This document shows, one piece after another, positions 23,937-35,400 of a DNA stretch of 45,101 bases. The stretch comes from Tubiluchus corallicola (taxonomy: Eukaryota > Animalia > Priapulida). The stretch's first letter is position 1; the number at the start of each line of letters is the position of its first letter. Made by a program: the position numbers and the translations under genes. The stretch spans positions 1 through 45,101 of the forward strand of contig JAQGDQ010001352.1 of NCBI GenBank assembly GCA_030141605.1, read 5' to 3'. The notes under the pieces are model-generated. The model was not told the origin of the DNA, searched no databases, and worked only from the letters and a program-made list of their open reading frames with translations.

Positions 23937-26029
23937 TATCCACAGAGCTTCATTATTTTTGTGACGCTTCTGAAAGTGCTTATGGTGTGGTAGTGTTCAT
24001 TCGTCAGCAGAATGAGCTCAACGTTATCCACACTGCCTTTGTCATTGCGAAATCAAGGCTAACTCCCATGAAAGGACTGACTATTCCTCGCCTGGAGTTA
24101 TGTGCAGCAGCTCTTGCAGCTAAACTTGAAAAGGTGCTACGGAAAGAGCTTACCATCCACATTGACAGGTCAATATTTTGGACGGATAGTCTAATTATCC
24201 TGCACTACATACGAAATACTGTCAAGCGCTTTCATACCTTCGTGCAGAACAGGGTCACAAGCATTCTAGAGGTCTCATCACCAGAGCAATGGAGATATGT
24301 CCCTTCTGAGGAAAATGCAGCTGACGACCTATCTCGAGGATTAAATGCTTATGCACTGTTAGAGTCGACACGCTGGAAATTCGGACCTAGATTCCTGATG
24401 CTTCCAGAAGATGATTGGCCTCGAATTGATATAACTACGCAGAAGGATTTATTACAAGGTGACAAAGAAGTGAAGCACTCTCCAGTTGTTAATACCATAA
24501 CAGCGACGTCAATGGATGACACACAGCAACAGCGTAATATCATAAATGATTTGATGGATCGTTATTCTTCATTCTACAAGTTGAAGAAAAGTGTTGCATG
24601 GTTTCTTCGGTTCAAAACAGTGCTAAAGAACAAAGTTGCCAAAAAGACTTCGAGTTTTCCAAACAAACTGACTGTTGCAGAACTCGACTATGCCGAAGAA
24701 GAAATAATCAAGTATGTGCAGAAAGAGAGTTTGCCGAAAGAATATAAAGACTTAAGCACTAGTCAGAACGTTATTAAGTCTAGTTGTCTTGTGAAACTTG
24801 ATCCATTCCTATGTGAAAAGCAACTTATTCGTGTAGGTGGCCGAATAAGGCGTGCTGATGTCAACTATAATGCGAGGCATCCAATTGTTTTACCAAAAGG
24901 ACATAAATTATCACGTTTAGTCATCCAAGATTTCCACACCACGCATGGACATGTCGGCAAACAGCATGTAATGTCTTTGATCCGCCAGAAGTTTTGGATT
25001 ATTGGAATGCGTGGCATGGTACGCAAGCTTTTAGCTGAGTGCAGACAATGTAGACTGAATAGGGCAATGCCACTGCACCAGAAGATGGCTGACTTGCCTG
25101 TAGACAGATTGCAAAGCTCTGGAGTGTTTGCTACTGTGGGTACTGATTGCTTTGGTCCAATTATGGTAAAACGTGGTCGCTCAGAAGTAAAACGTTACGG
25201 CATCCTTTTCACATGTATGGCTAGCAGAAGCATCCATCTTGAAGTTTTGTTCACGATGACAACTGATTCGTTCATAAAAGCACTAGATAGGTTTTGCTCC
25301 AGAAGAGGTAAACCTGACAAACTAATGTCTGATTGTGGAAGTAATTTTCTGGGAGCAGACAAAGAGCTCCAAAAGTCTGTAGAATCTTGGAACACCAATG
25401 TTGTCACGGAAAACTTACTTCAGAAACATATTGATTGGGACTTTTGTCCTCCTCGGGCATCTCATATGGGAGGAGCTTGGGAAGCACTAATTAAAAGTGT
25501 TAAAAAAGTTCTGCACTCAGTGGCTCAAGAGCAGGTACTTGATGATGAGGGTTTGAGCACCTTATTCTGTATTGTCGAGAACATAGTCAATACAAGACCT
25601 CTGACCACAGCGTCTGATGATCCGAATGATTATGATTCTTTAACACCTAACCACTTCCTTCTGATGGGCAGAAGTGCTCCTCCAATACTTCCACTGGGTC
25701 AGTTTTCTGCAGGAGATGTTTATAGGAAAAAGTGGCGACAGATACAATATCTTTCTAATGTATTTTGGAATCGCTGGAAATTAGAGTATTTGCCGATGCT
25801 CCAACAACGTTCAAAATGGCACAAAGAAAAACAGAATCTCAAGGAGGATGACGTTGTTCTAATTATGGATACAACTCCAAGAAATTGTTGGCTGCTTGGA
25901 CGTGTTGTAAAAACCCACGTCAGTAAGGATGGTCTGGTGAGGAGTGTCACCTTGAAAACCAAAGAGGGGTTTCTTAAACGTCCTATACACAAGTTGTGTT
26001 TCATTGAAGGTCAGATGATGAACGTGTGA
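23921..26029 (+). CDS. BEL polyprotein part 3: RNase H and integrase
   Basis: EFGKVISTELHYFCDASESAYG, IPRLELCAA, FWTDS, NAADDLSRG; HTTHGH...CRQC, GTDCFGP, SDCGSNF, GGAWEALI, NTRPLT, RPIHKLC. Joined to part 2 by a -1 frame change at ~23920. Confidence 0.95.
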   Translation, partial: EFGKVISTELHYFCDASESAYGVVVFIRQQNELNVIHTAFVIAKSRLTPMKGLTIPRLELCAAALAAKLEKVLRKELTIHIDRSIFWTDSLIILHYIRNTVKRFHTFVQNRVTSILEVSSPEQWRYVPSEENAADDLSRGLNAYALLESTRWKFGPRFLMLPEDDWPRIDITTQKDLLQGDKEVKHSPVVNTITATSMDDTQQQRNIINDLMDRYSSFYKLKKSVAWFLRFKTVLKNKVAKKTSSFPNKLTVAELDYAEEEIIKYVQKESLPKEYKDLSTSQNVIKSSCLVKLDPFLCEKQLIRVGGRIRRADVNYNARHPIVLPKGHKLSRLVIQDFHTTHGHVGKQHVMSLIRQKFWIIGMRGMVRKLLAECRQCRLNRAMPLHQKMADLPVDRLQSSGVFATVGTDCFGPIMVKRGRSEVKRYGILFTCMASRSIHLEVLFTMTTDSFIKALDRFCSRRGKPDKLMSDCGSNFLGADKELQKSVESWNTNVVTENLLQKHIDWDFCPPRASHMGGAWEALIKSVKKVLHSVAQEQVLDDEGLSTLFCIVENIVNTRPLTTASDDPNDYDSLTPNHFLLMGRSAPPILPLGQFSAGDVYRKKWRQIQYLSNVFWNRWKLEYLPMLQQRSKWHKEKQNLKEDDVVLIMDTTPRNCWLLGRVVKTHVSKDGLVRSVTLKTKEGFLKRPIHKLCFIEGQMMNV

Positions 26030-26070
26030 TTGCTTTTTTGTTAGGTGATAAATGCTCGTGGAGACATTTA

Positions 26071-26079
26071 TGGGGGCGG
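26071..26079 (+). promoter_or_regulatory. Polypurine tract-like sequence
   Basis: TGGGGGCGG immediately 5' of the 3' LTR. Confidence 0.6.
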
Positions 26080-26501
26080 TGTTAAGCACATACACGTTTC
26101 CCTACCTATTAAATTTGGTCTTGCCCCTTTAACTGTCATCAGTCATGTGACCAGGTAGTTGGCCAGGTAGACATTACCTGACATGCAATTCAATTGATAT
26201 GATGTGAATGTTGTTGTTGATTTCTTATTGTTTTTTCTTGCAAGTTATAAGTGCCAAAACTCAGGGAGACCACATGTAAGTGTCTAATTATGTTTATTGA
26301 ACTACTTTATGCTATTAGAACAATTTAGCTGTCATTTTTTTGTACAATTATAGACGATAATCACGTTAGCTAATTTCGTAATGTACCTTTATCAAACTTA
26401 TCTTTTTCATTGAAAACTTATTGCTGTAATTTATTATTACAGATAAAACGACAATTGCTGCATGTTAAACATTTGATGTTCTGGAGTTTAAATGTAGTAC
26501 A
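26080..26501 (+). repeat. 3' LTR (422 bp)
   Basis: Direct repeat of 18760-19181. Confidence 0.97.
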
Positions 26502-26827
26502 CATACATACATACATACATACATACATACATACATACATACATACATACCATACATACCATACATACATACATACATACATACATACATACATACATAC
26601 ATACATACATACATACATACATACATACATACATACATACATACATACATACATACATACATACATACATACCATACATACATACATACATACATACATA
26701 CATACATACATACATACATACATACATACATACATACATACATACATACATACATACATACATACATACATACATACATACATACATACATACATACATA
26801 CATACACACACACATGCATATACATAC
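26502..26827. repeat. (CATA)n microsatellite
   Basis: Near-perfect tetranucleotide run abutting the 3' LTR. Confidence 0.98.
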
Positions 26828-27444
26828 GTAATATTGTTAATACATTTTTACCACACGTGTAATTAAATGTCTACTCACGTTAGGAATTTCAAGTCACATC
26901 ATACTATTGAGGCAGCCAGGATAGATACGTTGAACTAATATGTACGATTAGGTGCAAAACAGTTATTACGTGGATTATCCATTCTAATCGCACTTGAATG
27001 GTCAGTGGTCACTACACTGTAACTCGTCCCCCGCCCAGGGCCACTAGCCTTGTGAGTTTGGCGGTCCTAACTTGCAAAGCTTACGAGTTATCAAGCTGTA
27101 AAGTACCGGGGAATAAATAATAATTGGGAAGCAAACTTTTCGGGAAGCAAAAGGTCAAACAGCTTCATTTGCTAGACGTCTCAAAGACGAATATTTATCA
27201 TTTGTTTGCAGAAAATTTTTCCCTATTTAATCAAACAGAATGGAAAAAATCTGCTTATTTGTTTTTCTTGTTTTATTGGTTCTCAAAAATATCGCCTCCT
27301 GCTTGCGACGCCTAAATGTAGTAAGAAAAGCTACATTAAAATTGATTTTTAGAATAAATTGTGTTTTAAACGCAATTTCAAGAGATCACGCATTCGTTAG
27401 AGGAACATGTTAGTGCGTATAAATTAGATACTGAGAGAGGCAGA

Positions 27445-27711
27445 CAGGGCCTATTTCAGCCTAAGCGAGGCCCGGGGAAGTGGGGTGTGTGAGGCCTCCT
27501 CGGGGAGGGGGGGGGGGGGCAACCATGGTTGGCGCCCAGAAAATTTTTGAACTGCTAGAACGCCGGAGAAGCATTTCCGAAGAGAAAATATGGAGTTATA
27601 CAGTATGTTCGCATCAAGCAAAAAAACAATGTTACCTCGGCGCGAGGCCCCCCTGAAGGGTGAGGCCCCGGGGAAGTATCCCCCACTCCCCCCTCCTTGA
27701 AATAGGCCCTG
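27445..27711. mobile_element. hAT-type MITE (267 bp) with 14-bp TIRs and 8-bp TSD
   Basis: TIR CAGGGCCTATTTCA / TGAAATAGGCCCTG; flanks GAGGCAGA at 27437-27444 and 27712-27719; internal repeat GAGGCCCCGGGGAAGT near both ends. Confidence 0.92.
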
Positions 27712-28451
27712 GAGGCAGATATGATAAAGAAAAACTACTAGGCCATCAAAGTATATGTAAAATGTGCAGAATGAATGAAGATGAAGATGACCTGGTTGTC
27801 AAAATGAGAAAAGAGCTTATCAAAATAATTTCTTCTGTTGCAAATACAATTGTAAGCAAGTGAAAAGTTTGTCTTTATTAATGGCCTAAGAGATGGGAAA
27901 CTTGGTGCTAAACTTTATATGTAAGATATTATTAAAAAGAGAGAAGAGAAACATGATTGTAAATAACTTTAACTTACACAGTTGTACTATATTTTTTTTA
28001 CCACATGCTGTATTTTTTGTATTACGATGTTCTGTACTGTAAACAATGCTGCACGTTTGAATCATAAGGTTGAAGAACTATATATATGCATATGTATATG
28101 TACGTGGCGCCATCTCTTGTCAATTTATGCAACTCTAACCCAGTAGTTACAAACTATTAATTTTTGTTCCTACTGTTGTTAGTTTTTCTAGCATTATTAT
28201 CTGTGTTTCTCCTAAGTTTAAGCTGTTTCTTCCTATGTATAGGATTAATGATTTTCCCTTTTGCTTCTTGAACCATCATTGCTAGTGGTCACAGCATCGA
28301 CTTGTAAACCAAGAGTTCCTGGTTCAAATGCACGCTGTACCCTACACTTTTGTTTCAGCCGAGTTTGGTTTCAAAATTTAACAATACTAAGTTTATTTTA
28401 TAACAATCATGAATTTATCATTACATTATCAGTTGTAAAGTTGTTACATAA

Positions 28452-28818
<367 letters not shown>

Positions 28819-29449
28819 AATTTGCTTGGCGGCCATGCTCAACGTATCAAATATAGACTATACTACAGTCACGTATACATACAGTTATGCTTGTTGATTG
28901 TTCAACTAGATTTAACTAGACCTACTACAGGCTACTGTCCAACGTAGTACAACAAAGACTCCACCCTTTCTTGTTAAAATAGACCCGTCCGAAACCATTT
29001 CGAGTATAAAAGACCTGGACAACTGACATACAGTCTCCTTAGTTTTTGAGCGACGTAAGTACGATAGTGCGACTTTATTATTTAATATCTTGTAATGAAT
29101 ACCATTTACTTTTATATTTATTTATTGTGTATTGTTGAGTATTGTGCATATCGTAAGTGATCTTTATAATTATTAATGATTGCTGTAATGTGGTTTTTGG
29201 AAATTTTTAAGGTAAGAAAATGTTTTTTTTAAATTTTCAACATGGCAGACACGTGCGTCTATGTGAGTATGTGGCTATTTGGCATTGAGTTTTTTGTGTT
29301 AATTCTTGGATATTTAGATATCTTTATATATATTTTGATATGTATATACATATATATAATATATTATTCCCTAATTACTACAGGAAGCTTTTAGTTTCAA
29401 TTTTAATTTGATTCCAAATATTATAGGGCCTAATTTTATGAATTCAAAC

Positions 29450-29910
29450 TGCGAAGTCCGTAACTGACGTGTCCGCATCCGCAAAACGCGGATTGACTGA
29501 AATTTTTGAAGATCCGCATCACTTAACCCGCGCCCGATTGTGTTAAAACCGCTTTTTGTATGAAGTTATAATCACTATTCAATGATAAATTCAGAGGCCA
29601 GACCACGTAAAGCAATTTTGCTTGTAAACGACTGACTACTCACAGCACGTTACTATACCACCCCAACACACCCACCACAAACCATAAAATGTTCGAGCAA
29701 AAAACTATAATATTTGTAATTGTAAGGAATGTTTTGCGTTGGAAATTTTCTATGCGTGGTTTTTGCGCGCTGAAATTTCGCGTAAAATCCCAATTTTTGA
29801 CATTAAAAATCCGCTATCTGTTATGATACACTATCCTTAATCCGCAATTTCACATAATCAGTTCGGACAGCGCATCCGCATTCTGCAAATCAGATATCCG
29901 CCCATCTCTA
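29450..29910. mobile_element. Possible truncated hAT-like non-autonomous element
   Basis: Repeated ATCCGC subterminal motifs ending in CCCATCTCTA (reverse complement TAGAGATGGG, hAT-like TIR); no matching left TIR found. Confidence 0.35.
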
Positions 29911-30028
29911 CTGCATGTAAAATTTAAGGCTGAATTAAAAAAATATAATTGAATAGACCCACAACTTGTTGCATTTTTAACCCACTTATACTACTACGAA
30001 TTTTATAATTTCTTTCTTAGTATCTTAT

Positions 30029-30828
30029 ACTGTTTTTCCTGCGCATGAGCAGTAGACGTTTAGAGCTCAAATCTTCAGAAATGTTCAAATGTAAACAACT
30101 GTTTTTCCTGCGCATGAGCAGTAGACGTCTTTGAGCTCAAATCTTCAAAAACGTTCAAATGTAAACAACTGTTTTTCCTGCGCATGAGCAGTAGACGTCT
30201 TTGAGCTCAAATCTTCAAAAACGTTCAAATGTAAACAACTGTTTTTCCTGCGCATGAGCAGTAGACGTTTAGAGCTCAAATCTTTAAAAGCGTTCAAATG
30301 TAACCAACTGTTTTTCCTGCGCATGAGCAGTAGACGTTTAGAGCTGAAATCTTCAAAAACGTTCAAATGTAACCAACTGTTTTTCCTGCGCATGAGCAGT
30401 AGACGTTAGAGCTCAAATCTTCAAAAGCGTTCAAATGTAAACAACTGTTTTTCCTGCGCATGAGCAGTAGACGTTAGAGCTCAAATCTTTAAAAGCGTTC
30501 AAATGTAACCAACTGTTTTTCCTGCGCATGAGCAGTAGACGTTTAGAGCTGAAATCTTCAAAAACGTTCAAATGTAAACAACTGTTTTTCCTGCGCATGA
30601 GCAGTAGACGTTAGAGCTCAAATCTTTAAAAGCGGTCAAATGTAAACAACTGTTTTTCCTGCGCATGAGCAGTAGACGTTTAGAGCTCAAATCTTTAAAA
30701 GCGTTCAAATGTAGCCAACTGTTTTTCCTGCGCATGAGCAGTAGACGTTTAGAGCTCAAATCTTCATAAACGTTCAAATGTAAATAACTGTTTTTCCTGC
30801 GCATGAGCAGTAGACGTTCAGAGTTCAA
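30029..30828. repeat. 68-70-bp tandem repeat, ~12 copies
   Basis: Unit ACTGTTTTTCCTGCGCATGAGCAGTAGACGTTTAGAGCTCAAATCTTCAAAAACGTTCAAATGTAAACA; CTGCGCATGAGCAG counted 12 times. Confidence 0.97.
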
Positions 30829-32438
30829 GAGTTTATGATTTTGCTTGGCGCATCTGAATCGCAAATTTTTATTGCTACTGTTGTAGCATTTCGGCCAGTT
30901 TTTGTCCTTTATAATTAGTTCGGCATTTCTGTATATTTGACCTTGTTTGCTTTGACCTTTCTCACCACACTTCAACTTCGTTTGTACAGGGTGTCGCAAA
31001 ATAAACGGCGTAGTAGAAATATTCTAACAAGCTGAAATGCGCTGATCAAATAACACGGAAGCGTGTTTGTCCACGTGTGCGAAATAAAAATGATTCTATT
31101 TCTATTGATACACTGTCTTTGGTTAAAATCGAGAGATAAATATTTAGCACAGTAACTACTCAACGTTTCACTTAGGAAAAACTAGTTATAAATCTACGGA
31201 CTGACGATTTTTTATTAAAATTTTTACCTCCACCCTGTGAAGCAAATATGACTTTATCAGCTGGCTTCATACTGAGTCTGGTAAATGGATTTTCAGTGTC
31301 ATAAAGAAGCCAATCTTCATGCTGTAGAAAAACAGCACAGTTAAAAATGTTGCTGTTCAAATATAAATTACGCGTTTATGATTGAACTCTCAAATGGCTG
31401 TTTAAGATAAGTGCTGATTTTTGTAAGGAAATTAAGTAGCCCTTGATGTGTTTTTTACTTTTCGTTATCAGTGACACGTCTGCCAAAAAAACGAAAATTT
31501 GCCAGCAAGATTAATGATCTCCGCAAACGAAGTTGAGCAACATAAAGCCCGGTTAATAAATGAATAGTGACTACTGAATGATGAATGAATAACGACTCGT
31601 TGTACACTTACCTATAAATGTGTGCCTTTTGAGGAATCATGGGTACGCATTCTGACTAGCCACAAGTTTGTTCATTAAAGTATCCACTGACTTTGAATAC
31701 TGGCAGACAGCTTGCTAAATGCAGGACTGTAGATTCACATCAGAGCTGCTATAATATTATGAGAAAATTAACTTTTAATGCACGTAATTAAAAATTGTCA
31801 TTTTTTCAAATCCAAACTTTGTCTTTCTTTCAAATTTTAAATTACCAAGATAGTAATTAAGTACACACTTTTAAATGTAAATTTTATACTACTTTTACTG
31901 CTACTGCCACCACCAGAAGTACTATGATATTATATTGGTGTACATTTTTTTCAGATTAAGCATTCCATTCTAAGATTGCTAACTACTAGTGTTTATTTGT
32001 TTATCAAGCTTTCATCATCAAGCCTTCATATTCGTTATTACTTATTTTGACCCTGTATATTAACATTAGAGCTGCTATAAAATTATAAGAAAGTTAACGT
32101 TTATTGCATGTAATTAAAAGTTGTTATGTTTTTCAGATACGTTATTTAACAGCGACATTAAATTGGTAAGTTTGACTATTTTCTTGTTGAATTTTTTAAT
32201 TTTAAATGACCCTACTGTCCGTGTGTCTGTTCGTCCACTGTCCACAATAGGTTTTTCTCTTGTATTTCTGTAACAAATGATCGGATCGTCATGAAACTCG
32301 TGCGATTCGAACTCTAGATCCTGTGCAGTTAGAATCTTGACATTGTTAAAATGGTTTTAGCTGACCGAGCCGTAAATAACACTTCATTTTTTTGCTTATT
32401 TTAGATTGAAGAGTCTCGATTTTCTTGAAATTTTTGCA

Positions 32439-35400
32439 ATGCCTAAGCGGTAAGTAAAGAAAATTTGCTTTTTAGCCAGAAAACCTTTCCATCTACTTTT
32501 TTATTTTCTGCATATGTACCGTTGTACAAACATACAGAAATATTTTTCTGCTGTTAACAATCTCGTGTGGTGTGAGATTATTCTTTATTTATATAACTTT
32601 TTACAGGATCATCTTGCAATTTATTTTCGAAACATTTTAAGTTAACAAGCCAGCCCCACGTCTGTTGTGTTTGCAATCATTAAAATTTCTACATTCTCAA
32701 TAACCTGAAGAACTTTGCTGCCAGTAAACAGAACATCATTTTTCTTGTAACAAAACTTTAAACAATACACTATAGCTTGCGTTATTATAGTGATAAAAAA
32801 GTCAAATCAAATTTACATACCCTTAGTTTACACAACAACTTAATAACTTATTTATTTTATCATGGACTTTATATATATATATTCTCTTATAATATTACTA
32901 TCTTGTATTAACCACTGTTGTTTACTTTTTCTGTTAAACTAGTAAAATGAAATGACGTTTTTCTTCTTTTTTCAGATGCCATTTTTTCGCCGAGTGTGGG
33001 GGGCGAGGCAACGTGGATCCCCGGTACGCCACGCACAGGTCCACGTCTGCCTGTGCGTGGCGCTACGAAGCTCAGAGGGAGCGAGAGATCGTCGCAGGGG
33101 TGGTGGCTCGGCCACCCCTGGAAGAGGTCCAGAGTAAACCGAAGCCAGTGTAAGTAGACACGATTATAATTACAAATTAGCTTTTTCAGTTAGAACCGTT
33201 CATTTCGCCACCTCGTGGCTATAGTTTTTGTTTTTGTTTACTTTACACAAAACATTACCGTTTGGTCTTTGTGAAGCAAACAATGCATAATAAATTAACA
33301 GCTAGCTTATTACAATCATTTCATAAAGTTTTGATATCGTCTTAATCGACACGAACTGGAACGTTGTCTCTTGACATTTCATTCCATCCGAGATATTACT
33401 GATTTTTCGATAGTTAATTATTGTACCAAAAGGAAAAATGATTATAGCAAATGACGTCAACAATCATTTAAAGTTACGTTGCTGTTTTTTAGTATCGTAC
33501 TATAATGATAATGATAAGAATGAGTGGTTATGAAGTTGTTTTTGTAATTCAAACGTCTCTGTTTCAAATCCAGGCTGAGTTCAAGCTATTTACTTTCTTG
33601 TCTTCGTGAGTTTAATGTGTATCAACATTCATAATAATTGTGGTTTTCTACCGTCATAGCAAATCTTTTACTGTGTTGGTTGCAGTAGTTCATTTAGCTG
33701 CTGAAAGAGACGGTTTGCTAAATTCTGCTGTTTCTTAATTGAGCACAATATTTACTCGAGTAGTTGTGAACCGTAACTGAACAACTGACCTACCAACTTT
33801 GAGCAATTTTCGTCCAAGAACTCATGGGTAACTTGAATATGACTTAATATATTTTTGGTTAAAACGTTTTAGACATCAATAATCTGTGGTTATATAAATA
33901 ATAATAATTATAATTGTCCTTAATAATGTTTAGGACACTAATAGTCCAATGATAACAGCTTATTTTCAAAGTAGTCTTGATAGAACCCGGTTGGCAGAAC
34001 GAGCGGTAATTAAATCTTTACTCTTACGTGTCAGGAATTGAACCCGCGACCTCCAGGATGGAAAACGAACACACGACAATTGAGCTAACCCCCGAAATTT
34101 TTGCTCTTGAGTAACGCATAGCAACAAAATATTTGCTGTTTCTTTTCAGTTAGATCTGCAAATTTGTGCTTTCAACACTAGAAAATTGATATTTCATTTA
34201 TTTTTCTTTCCATTTGGAGATGTCCAATATGTCAGCTTGTGTGTCAATGTTTATAATAAACCTACCAGAGTTGAACTTGTGCGTTAAGAGGATTGATCAG
34301 TTTTTCAAACACGTGCTTAACAAATTGCCAGCAAATAGGAGTCATTTAGTTCCAACAATTTCTCATGTAGTTTTATTAACTTCTTAAACATGCAGATTTT
34401 TCAGAGATTTTTTTTGAGAATAGTTTGATTCAATATCGTTTTTTGCTTTTGTAAAAGAGCTGTGGAAAAATTGGGATACGCAATCCCGATTTTACACCAG
34501 CAAATAGGAGTCAATTAGTTCCAACAAATTTCTCATGTTGTTTTATTAAATTTGTTTATCCATAAAATTATTAAACCGGAAGTGCATCTTCCCATCATAT
34601 AATTTTTGAGTCTTTTTTGTTGTTTTGTTTTTGAAGTTTGGCAAAATGACACTACGTTTTGTAGAAAAATGAAAATGATTTTTGTCTCTTTTAGGCGAAG
34701 GTGCCCAAATTATGATTCGTGTGGTGGGCAGGGCAATGTCATTGAGGGTCGGGGCAGGCACTATGTGATGTCGAATTGTCCATTCGAGCTGGAGGCGGTG
34801 CCTGTCCCGGCCCTGCGTGTGACCAGGTAAGCAGATTTTTTATAATTTAAACCTAACAAAAACGAAATCTTAATTTTATTGTATTTTTATTTCACGTACA
34901 ATTGTCAGAAGTGCAAAGTTAGAACTGACTTTCAACCCTTAAATTTCAACTTTTTATTATTATGTATGAAAGCACAAAGCTGGTTAAACTTTGTCTCCAA
35001 ACATGTTAGAGGCCTAATGCAGGGCTAATATGCAAAAACATGCTGTTAGACATCTCTAAGAAATGACTAAATTTAGCGGAAGAAACTTTAGGTTTTCTAA
35101 TAATGACTGGCATTATAGGCTAGCAAAGGCATTGCAACTTGTCAGTTTAACAGTACAAATGCTAGCTCCCAATGTTCAGTAATGCACAAACGTCTTCTGC
35201 TTTTTATGCAGAAACAGTGAATGGACGTATTAACGTATTAACTGATACTTTACGTAGGTTTTATATGACTTAATAACACGCCAAATGTCAGCATAATAAT
35301 CAGCCCACGTGACGACGCAAATAGCCACCAAGGTAGTTTTCATTTTGCTATGAGTTATACAGCATCTCCCCGATGACACCCCACCCCCGATTTTATTGAA

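Larger units (their letters stand above)
18760..26501 (+). mobile_element. Full-length BEL/Pao LTR retrotransposon (7742 bp) carrying a glycogenin domain in Gag
   Basis: Two 422-bp TG...CA LTRs; Gag-PR-RT-RH-IN order with BEL-specific motifs; G-rich PPT-like tract before the 3' LTR. Confidence 0.97.

Noticed and set aside
26410-26862. ORFs with HTYI / MYVC repeats
   Set aside because: Translations of the (CATA)n microsatellite and LTR end.
30029-30828. CRISPR-like periodicity (conserved part-palindromic half plus variable half)
   Set aside because: The would-be spacers are near-identical to each other, there are no cas genes, and the context is eukaryotic; it is a tandem repeat.
34021-34094. 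Functional tRNA gene
   Set aside because: A and B boxes are present but the acceptor and D stems do not pair convincingly; treated as a SINE head. The same applies to the weaker match at ~28284-28340.
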